Made by a program: the position numbers and the translations under genes. Positions 1-7,226 of a DNA stretch of 64,000 nt are shown in pieces. The notes beneath the pieces were generated by a model. That model was given only the letters and a program-made list of their open reading frames with translations, searched no databases and was not told the origin of the DNA. The DNA comes from Candidatus Poribacteria bacterium (GTDB lineage Bacteria; Poribacteria; WGA-4E; PCPOR2b): assembly GCA_965116925.1 (NCBI GenBank), contig OZ220744.1:4928001-4992000 (forward strand). Reading direction: 5' to 3'. How positions within the stretch are numbered: position 1 is the first letter of the stretch; every line of letters starts with the position of its first letter.

Positions 1-443
1 CGATTAAAGGAATCGAAGAGCGGGTCCGGGTAGTCCTTGCCGAGATAGCGATAGGTGCACCAGAAACCGTCAAACCCGTGCTGGGGAAGATGATCGTTCC
101 CAAGATGCCACGGTCCAACCATACCGCATCGGTATCCGGCGGATTTGAGGACATCGCCTATGGTCACGTGGTTAGGGGGCAGGTAGCTTCCCCATCTCCC
201 AACCATGCCGGGACCGTAATTTTTTAGTTGTAGGTGGGCGTGTGGGTAGAGTCCCGTCAGCCAACTGGCGCGGGCGGGTGAACAGACAGGGGAGGCGCAG
301 TAGGCGTTCTCAAAACAGACCCCACTTTGCACCAAGCGATCCAGATGCGGTGTCTGAACAATCGAACTTCCCGCGAAGCCAGCGGTATCCCAGCGCATCT
401 GATCGCACATTATCAGTATAATATTGGGGCGAGGTTGGGGCAC
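1..443 (-). CDS. Sulfatase, N-terminal part (runs off window)
   Basis: Not in ORF track. Manual translation from GTG at 443: PQPRPNIILIMCDQMRWD...TPHLDRL...NAYCASPVCSPARASWLTGLYPH, containing the CxPxR formylglycine motif; GAGGAA SD upstream. Confidence 0.9.
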   Translation of the reverse strand, partial: MPQPRPNIILIMCDQMRWDTAGFAGSSIVQTPHLDRLVQSGVCFENAYCASPVCSPARASWLTGLYPHAHLQLKNYGPGMVGRWGSYLPPNHVTIGDVLKSAGYRCGMVGPWHLGNDHLPQHGFDGFWCTYRYLGKDYPDPLFDSFN

Positions 444-599
444 GGTATTCCTCAAGAATGTGAAACGTGATGCGTGAAACGTAAAAATGATTAGTTCATT
501 GATGCCCGACCTACGGGTTATACGGCATACGGAGTATGCCTAATACTATGATTATAGCAGGGAAACAGGGTTGAGAACCATCAATTAATAGAGGGGAAA

Positions 600-1970
600 A
601 TGGTACAACATAATAATGATAGCACACCTATCCACATCGGCACAGATCGCCAACTATTTGTGGATGATTTCTGGATTGACGAAGCGCAAGATGTCACGCG
701 GCATTTGCATGAGCCGGTGCGTCGTGAGGCTGTAATTTCCGCAGAACACCCCTGGGAACGCGGCGGTGTTTCCTACATGGTGACGTTCCGCGAGGGCGAT
801 CGCTTCCGTGCGTGGTATCGCTGCGATCAGGAGATGCCAGTTCGTGGTGAGCGGCTGCCGCTCTACGCTTATGCTGAAAGCACCGACGGAATTCATTGGG
901 AGAAACCACCACTCGGACTGATTGAGTTTCAAGATTCAAAGGACAACAACCTCGTCTGGATGGGACCGGGCAACAACATGTCGCCGTTCCTGGATCTCAA
1001 TCCCGGCGCATCGGACGAAGAACGGTACAAAGCCATCGTCCGTACTAGTGATGTGCTGGCGTTGGTATCGCCTGATGGGCTCCGTTGGCGATTGATGCAG
1101 GACGAACCAATCTTGACTGAACGCCCCTTTGATTCGCACAACATCGCCTTTTGGGACGCGGAACGGAGCGAATATGTCGCTTATACGCGGGGTGTGGCAG
1201 GTCGGGGCAGCTTCAAGAATGGGGTGCGCTGGATTCGACGCTCGACCTCCAAAGACTTTCGCCGTTGGACACCGCTCGAACTGATTGACACCGGCGATAC
1301 CCCCTTTGAGCATCTCTACACCAACGCCTGTGTCCCCTACGAGCGTGCGCCGGGGATGTACCTGATGTTTCCTGCGCGTTTTGTGCCGGAGCGCGAGCCC
1401 ATTCCAGATTGGGAATACGGTTCGGGCGTGAATGACATCGTGTTTATGTCCAGCCGCGATGGAATTCACTTCGATCGCAGCTTCATGGAGGCTTTTGTCC
1501 GTCCCGGACTCGATGAAGGCAACTGGCATGAGCGCGGGATTTACATGGAGCGGGGCATTTTGCAAACATCGCCCGAAGAACTCTCAATGTACAGTATGGC
1601 AAACTGGCGGCTGCCGAGTGTCCATATTCGTCGATTCTCGCTCCGAACTGATGGGTTCGTGTCGGTTCGTGCAGGTTACGCCGGTGGTGAGTTTGTCACC
1701 CAACCATTGATTTTCGCGGGTAACAGCCTGAGATTGAACTTTTCGACATCGGCGGTGGGAGCTGTGCGGGTTGAGATCCAGGATACAGAAGGGCATCCGC
1801 AGCCGGGCTTTACGCTAGATGATTGTTCTGAGATATTCGGTGACAAGATTGATGGTGGTGTTGAGTGGGATGGTGGGGGAGATCTGCGCTCGTTGGCTGG
1901 GCAACCGGTGCGGTTGCGTTTTGTCTTCAAGGACGCAGATCTGTTTGCATTTCGGTTTCAGGAGCGTTAA
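600..1970 (+). CDS. Putative five-bladed beta-propeller glycoside hydrolase-like protein
   Basis: 456 aa with several Asp-box-like motifs (AESTDGIHW, SPDGLRW, SKDFRRW, SRDGIHF) and C-terminal RxDGFVS...VRLRF...ADLFAFRF; SD GAGGGG. Substrate unknown. Confidence 0.6.
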   Translation: MVQHNNDSTPIHIGTDRQLFVDDFWIDEAQDVTRHLHEPVRREAVISAEHPWERGGVSYMVTFREGDRFRAWYRCDQEMPVRGERLPLYAYAESTDGIHWEKPPLGLIEFQDSKDNNLVWMGPGNNMSPFLDLNPGASDEERYKAIVRTSDVLALVSPDGLRWRLMQDEPILTERPFDSHNIAFWDAERSEYVAYTRGVAGRGSFKNGVRWIRRSTSKDFRRWTPLELIDTGDTPFEHLYTNACVPYERAPGMYLMFPARFVPEREPIPDWEYGSGVNDIVFMSSRDGIHFDRSFMEAFVRPGLDEGNWHERGIYMERGILQTSPEELSMYSMANWRLPSVHIRRFSLRTDGFVSVRAGYAGGEFVTQPLIFAGNSLRLNFSTSAVGAVRVEIQDTEGHPQPGFTLDDCSEIFGDKIDGGVEWDGGGDLRSLAGQPVRLRFVFKDADLFAFRFQER

Positions 1971-2046
1971 TTATCAAAAAATCCTTTAGGTGTAAAACCC
2001 AAATCTTTAGATTTGGGATACACACACGCTTTAGCGTGATTTTTCA

Positions 2047-2075
2047 TTGATTTTGTAGGTCAAAAATGGTATACT
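2047..2075 (+). promoter_or_regulatory. sigma70-type promoter of tnpB
   Basis: TTGATT-17 bp-TATACT with extended -10 TG. Confidence 0.65.
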
Positions 2076-2171
2076 TGTCTCGGCTTTCGTGGGAGAATGA
2101 CAGCCCTATCGCACGATAGGGTCTCCCACGCTCCACTGTCATGGAAATGAAAGCCAGAAAGCTATTCTCCG

Positions 2172-3308
2172 ATGAAAACTTACAAGTTCAAGTTGTATAG
2201 CAATCACGGCAATCGCGAATTGCATAAGACGATAGATGGTCATGCTCACGTCTGGAATCACTGCGTTGCCCTTCAGCGTCGTTACTATGCAATCTATGGC
2301 AAATATATCAGCAAGTTTAGGTTAATCAATCATATATCCAAACTGAAACGATTACCTCGTTTTTCCCATTGGAATCAGCTGCCAAGCCAATCGATACAGG
2401 ACGTGGCTTCCCGTATTGACAAAGGGTATAAGGCAATGTTTGAAGCGCGTGTGCAAGGCAAAGCATGGGGTCGTCCCCGTTTCAAGCCCCGTCGTAAGTA
2501 CAAATCATTCACCTTACTTCAAGCCGGTTGGAAGTTACTGCCGGGCAATCGTATTAGAATTGGTAAACGTATCTATCAGTATTTCAAGTCCCGTGATGTG
2601 TTTGGTAGTCCAAAACGTTGCACCATTAAACGGGACACCGTAGGTGATGTCTATATCACGATTCTAACGGACTATGATGAACCAGACCTCAATCGAGTCA
2701 TGACGGGTAAAATCGCAGGCTTCGACTTCGGTCTGAAGCGGTATCTCACCGGTCATAACGGACACGATATAGAATCGCCACAGTTTTTCAAACGAAGCAT
2801 CAACGTTATCAAACGTGCCAATCGTAACCATTCACGGAAAAAGAAGCAGTCAAATAACCGTGAACGTGCACGGCTTGATTTAGCCCGACAACACCGTAAG
2901 ATTGAGCGCCAACGGGAGGATTTCCACTGGAAGTTGGCACACCAACTGACCGATGAATACGACGAAATCCGTCTTGAAGACTTGAACCTTAAAGGCATGA
3001 AAGCCCTATGGGGCCGCAAAGTCAGTGACTTAGGATTTGCCGATTTCGTCAAGAAATTGGTGTATATCGCCAAGAAAAAAGGTGTCAAAATCATCTGCAT
3101 TGATAAGTGGTATCCCTCCAGTAAAACTTGCTCGGTTTGTGGTGTGGTCAATGAAACGTTGAATCTGCGTGATAGAAACTGGCAGTGTAGCGATTGTGGC
3201 ATGCGGCATGACCGAGACCGCAACGCTGCGATTAACATCTACCGGGTTGGGGCATCAACCCTCGAAGGAGAGGACGTAAGACTATCTTCGGATAGCTGTC
3301 CTTGTTGA
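2172..3308 (+). CDS. tnpB: RNA-guided endonuclease TnpB
   Basis: 378 aa; N-terminal KTYKFKLY, RuvC-I GFDFG, RuvC-II LEDL, Zn finger CSVC/CSDC, RuvC-III DRDRNAA; D-E-D triad intact. Confidence 0.95.
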   Translation: MKTYKFKLYSNHGNRELHKTIDGHAHVWNHCVALQRRYYAIYGKYISKFRLINHISKLKRLPRFSHWNQLPSQSIQDVASRIDKGYKAMFEARVQGKAWGRPRFKPRRKYKSFTLLQAGWKLLPGNRIRIGKRIYQYFKSRDVFGSPKRCTIKRDTVGDVYITILTDYDEPDLNRVMTGKIAGFDFGLKRYLTGHNGHDIESPQFFKRSINVIKRANRNHSRKKKQSNNRERARLDLARQHRKIERQREDFHWKLAHQLTDEYDEIRLEDLNLKGMKALWGRKVSDLGFADFVKKLVYIAKKKGVKIICIDKWYPSSKTCSVCGVVNETLNLRDRNWQCSDCGMRHDRDRNAAINIYRVGASTLEGEDVRLSSDSCPC

Positions 3309-3430
3309 TAGCGCAATTCGACTCCTATTGGCACGGGGCGCGCTCCGATTCTCGGAGTCCCGATAAATCGGGATAAGAATCCCAATCCTTTAGGTTTGGG
3401 AGTATGTCAATGAAGGTTGCGTTTCGCCTG
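3246..3430 (+). ncRNA. TnpB omegaRNA/reRNA (scaffold plus flank-derived guide)
   Basis: Established TnpB biology: the RNA overlaps the tnpB 3' end and right end, with the guide from the flank after TCAA (3411: TGAAGGTTGCGTTTCGCC). 5' boundary estimated. Confidence 0.7.
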
Positions 3431-3595
3431 CGAAAATCAAATTTTCCCATTTTTCCCGCGCAAATGGGAAAATTGTCCCTATTTCAGCACGAAACGTTTC
3501 GTCATGTCCGCCAATCGCATTACAAACAGTTACAAACAGTTACATTTTGTATTCATCTTATCGTTGGGATTCTTATTGTTGATTACAGATTGGGT

Positions 3596-3757
3596 AGGAG
3601 TTACGCACTTCCGTAGGGAACGCAGATCTGCGTTCCCTACGAACTCCTTGAGGGTGCCCCCACTGTAGTTGCCCGATTCATCAGGTGTTGGACATTGTGT
3701 TCTGCGGCGATAAATCGCCGAACTACAGGGTTTTGGGCACTCAACTGCGTAAGTCCT
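3596..3757. mobile_element. MITE-like element with terminal inverted repeats, containing REP-like palindromes
   Basis: AGGAGTTACGCA ... TGCGTAAGTCCT (11/12 inverted match), non-coding interior. Confidence 0.6.
3612..3641. repeat. 30-bp perfect palindrome (REP-like), copy 1
   Basis: CGTAGGGAACGCAGATCTGCGTTCCCTACG; identical copy at 36231-36260. Confidence 0.9.
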
Positions 3758-3860
3758 ACAGATTAATAACGACGATCCCAGCGAATGGCGGCATCTGCTG
3801 CGCGATTCGGCAAACCGCAAAATTGAGGAAACTGCCGGTCTAAAACTATCATAACAAGCA

Positions 3861-3897
3861 ATAAAAAGAGCCGGTGGAACTTTCCCGTTCCAGCGGG
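3861..3897 (-). terminator. Probable intrinsic terminator of the CRISPR transcript
   Basis: Minus strand CCGCTGGAAC-GGGAAA-GTTCCACCGG followed by CTCTTTTTATT. Confidence 0.6.
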
Positions 3898-3929
3898 TTG
3901 TTAGGTTTAATTGTCTTTGATTGTCCAGA

Positions 3930-5876
3930 GTTTCAATTCCACACTGGTTCGATTAAAAGCCGCATCTGTCACCGCAGACGCAGACAGGATTTGTGCGTTT
4001 CAATTCCACACTGGTTCGATTAAAAGTAGAAACCCGTCCGTCACCACCGATCGTGATAGTGACATGTTTCAATTCCACACTGGTTCGATTAAAAGCATAC
4101 GCCACCAGTGCGGTATACCCTGTTTCGAGCGGGTTTCAATTCCACACTGGTTCGATTAAAAGTCAGGAATCGCAGCTTGCGCTCCCCTTCGACCTGGAGG
4201 ATCTGGGTTTCAATTCCACACTGATTCGCGACCACGGCGTGATAGACTGATTCGGTTTCAATTCCACACTGGTTCGATTAAAAGTGTCCACCAAAGATAA
4301 ACACATTTAACGTCATTCAATGTTTCAATTCCACACTGGTTCGATTAAAAGCAACGAATCGTTGGAGGGCGGTGTCGAGGCTTTCAGGTTTCAATTCCAC
4401 ACTGGTTCGATTAAAAGGCATCCACGACGATCTTGCACAAGCCATCAACAAGAGTTTCAATTCCACACTGGTTCGATTAAAAGGCGACGAGATACGACGG
4501 GAACACCACATAGAAAGATAGTTTCAATTCCACACTGGTTCGATTAAAAGTATATCCGAGAGACGTAGGCATCAGCGCAACGCCACTGTTTCAATTCCAC
4601 ACTGGTTCGATTAAAAGTCATTGCGCCCCATAATATGTATCCTGTTATAATAAGTTTCAATTCCACACTGGTTCGATTAAAAGTACCATCGGAACATTGT
4701 AGTCACGGCAGAGTGTCTGGTTTCAATTCCACACTGGTTCGATTAAAAGCATAGGTTGTTGATGTTGACCACACACGAACATAATGTTTCAATTCCACAC
4801 TGGTTCGATTAAAAGTTGAAGTCGCAGACGGCATTGCTGTCCACATTCCGTGTTTCAATTCCACACTGGTTCGATTAAAAGTGAGAGTTTTCCCGTTTGG
4901 TAGGGTTTCGGTCAAGGTTTCAATTCCACACTGGTTCGATTAAAAGCTGGAAGTGGTGTGACTCAAGCGGTGAATGAGATTCGTTTCAATTCCACACTGG
5001 TTCGATTAAAAGACGGGTTGGGGGTTTAACTGTCTTTGATTGTCCAGAGTTTCAATTCCACACTGGTTCGATTAAAAGAAAGTTCACATTCCCAAAGAGG
5101 TTGTTCATCATCTTAGTTTCAATTCCACACTGGTTCGATTAAAAGTCAGCCTCAACACCGAGATAATCCAGCAATTCATCGTTTCAATTCCACACTGGTT
5201 CGATTAAAAGTGGGAAAGAAGTTGTCGGTCAGTTGCGATTTGTCAAGTTTCAATTCCACACTGGTTCGATTAAAAGCAGCGTTTCATGCGCCATTGTCCA
5301 CTGGCTCGCTCAGTTTCAATTCCACACTGGTTCGATTAAAAGCCATCTACCATCTCTTGATAGTGAGACAAATCCTGAGTTTCAATTCCACACTGGTTCG
5401 ATTAAAAGCGACGCATAGAGATTCTTGTTATCCCGATGTTGACCGAGTTTCAATTCCACACTGGTTCGATTAAAAGTCAAACGATTGGAAACTGATTATA
5501 AGGATGAGAAAATGTTTCAATTCCACACTGGTTCGATTAAAAGTGTGTGTGGGGGATAATAACAGCTATGGCTTCCAGAGTTTCAATTCCACACTGGTTC
5601 GATTAAAAGTCAACTGTTTTTTTTTTGGCGTTGATTTGCGTTCTAGTTTCAATTCCACACTGGTTCGATTAAAAGTTGCGTGTTCTTTCCACAGTGACAC
5701 GATCTTATTGTGTTTCAATTCCACACTGGTTCGATTAAAAGCCAAACAGCGAATTATACTATCGTTGCAGGCGACAGTTTCAATTCCACACTGGTTCGAT
5801 TAAAAGTCGAATCAACCAACGCTTATTCGGTGTCGAGCTCATCACCGTTTCAATTCCACACTGGTTCGATTAAAAG
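3930..5876 (-). CRISPR. Type I-B CRISPR array, leader-distal segment (30 repeats, one truncated)
   Basis: Plus-strand repeat GTTTCAATTCCACACTGGTTCGATTAAAAG (30 bp), spacers mostly 35-40 bp; minus strand ends ATTGAAAC, the Cas6-type 5' handle. Confidence 0.98.
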
Positions 5877-5992
5877 TGCGTTGTGGCAACCACTTCAGTA
5901 TCTTCCTGAGCTTACCCCCATCCTTTAGACAGCGATGAATGGGATTTAAGATATAAAATCTGAGCAACGTGGTCCAGTGTAAACGCCTGATT

Positions 5993-6838
5993 TTACTGGA
6001 AATATACCTCGTGAGGTGTTCGATAGTTAAGTGCTTGATGAAACCGGTGTTGATTGTAAAAGTTGAAATAATCTCTCAATCGACAACAAGCCGTAGTCAC
6101 CGAATCATAGTCGTTGAGATAAACCTCCTCATACTTGACACTGCGCCAAAGCCGTTCAATGAATATATTGTCAAAATAGCTGCCTCTGCCGTCCCAACTG
6201 ATGGCAATATCAGCCGCTTTGAGTCGATTGGTAAAGGCATCAGAAGTGAACTGACTGCCTTGGTCATTGTTGAATATCAAGGGTTTGGATTGGCTAAGGG
6301 CACGTTCGAGAGCCGATAGACAAAAGTATACGTCGAGTGAGTTTGACAGTTCCCACGACAACACATACCGGGAGAACCAATCCATAACCGCTACCAGATA
6401 CACAAACCCACTGGTCAGGCGAATATAGGTGATATCCGTTGCCCAAACCTGATTGGGTCTAATGATACTTAGTCCCTTGAGTAAATAGGGATACGTTTTC
6501 GATGGGGTGCCCGTAGCTGAAGCTGTGGGTTTGGGATAGATAGCCGCTAATCCCATCTTCCGCATCAACCGTGCCACCCGTTTTGGGTTGATACTATAGC
6601 CTTCAGAACGCAACCATGCGGTCAATCGAGGCACGCCGTAAAACGGTGTTTTTGTGTACTGCTCATCTATCAACCGCATGTAGCGTAGATTTTGTGCCGA
6701 TTCGCCTATAGGCTGGTAATAGAACGAGGCTCTAGCCAAGCCTAACAGCTCACATTGTCTGACAACCGAAAGACCATGGCACGTCTTGTCAATCAACTGT
6801 CGTTTCTGTTCAACGGAAAGGTTGAGTTTTTTTTTCAA
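5993..6838 (-). CDS. IS3 transposase OrfB (DDE integrase core)
   Basis: WATDITY, NNDQGSQF, DNIFIERLWRSVKYE; overlaps orfA at an A9 run (6827-6835), consistent with -1 frameshift fusion. Confidence 0.95.
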   Translation of the reverse strand: MKKKLNLSVEQKRQLIDKTCHGLSVVRQCELLGLARASFYYQPIGESAQNLRYMRLIDEQYTKTPFYGVPRLTAWLRSEGYSINPKRVARLMRKMGLAAIYPKPTASATGTPSKTYPYLLKGLSIIRPNQVWATDITYIRLTSGFVYLVAVMDWFSRYVLSWELSNSLDVYFCLSALERALSQSKPLIFNNDQGSQFTSDAFTNRLKAADIAISWDGRGSYFDNIFIERLWRSVKYEEVYLNDYDSVTTACCRLRDYFNFYNQHRFHQALNYRTPHEVYFQ

Positions 6839-7097
6839 GCCAGTCCAACTCCACCTTTAACTGACCGATTTGACGATACAGTTCTGCTACTAACTGGTCG
6901 GTGTCAGCCGCTGCTTTTGAGCGTCCGTTGGTAAACAATTGAGGCAATTGCTCAAGGACCTGTTTCTTCCATTGATTGACTTGAGTCGGGTGCACTTCAT
7001 ATTCACTGGCTATCTGAGCGACCGTTTGTTGATTTTTTATCGCTTCAATAGCCACCTGTGCTTTAAATTGACTCGTGTACTGCTTTCTACGGGACAT
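6810..7097 (-). CDS. IS3 transposase OrfA (HTH)
   Basis: MSRRKQYTSQFKAQVAIEA...LYRQIGQLKVELDWLEKK; start moved to ATG 7097, which has an AGGAG SD. Confidence 0.93.
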   Translation of the reverse strand: MSRRKQYTSQFKAQVAIEAIKNQQTVAQIASEYEVHPTQVNQWKKQVLEQLPQLFTNGRSKAAADTDQLVAELYRQIGQLKVELDWLEKKTQPFR

Positions 7098-7226
7098 GGG
7101 GGTGAAAACTCCTTTCTTTGTTAGGCGTTTCTGACCCATATTGTCGCACAGATGACGACTGTTTTATAGTCCAAAATATATCTTATTCAGGTGCCCAGGT
7201 TTTGGGGGTAATTACATCCCGCATAT

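Larger units (their letters stand above)
1975..3410 (+). mobile_element. IS200/IS605-family element carrying tnpB only (no tnpA)
   Basis: Left end TTAT|CAAAAA with subterminal hairpin CCCAAATC-TTTA-GATTTGGG (about 1998-2017); right end hairpin CCCAATCC-TTTA-GGTTTGGG then AGTATGTCAA ending 3410; tnpB inside. Confidence 0.85.
5907..7216 (-). mobile_element. IS3-family insertion sequence inside a CRISPR spacer
   Basis: TG...CA ends with imperfect IR (TGAGCTTACCCCCA / TGTAATTACCCCCA), 3-bp target duplication TCC (5904-5906, 7217-7219), orfA/orfB. Confidence 0.95.

Noticed and set aside
2172..3959. TnpB next to the array as a Cas12f/type V-U effector
   Set aside because: It has its own IS605 ends and omegaRNA, lies at the trailer end on the opposite strand beyond a terminator, and the repeat is explained by the complete I-B operon; no anti-repeat was seen.
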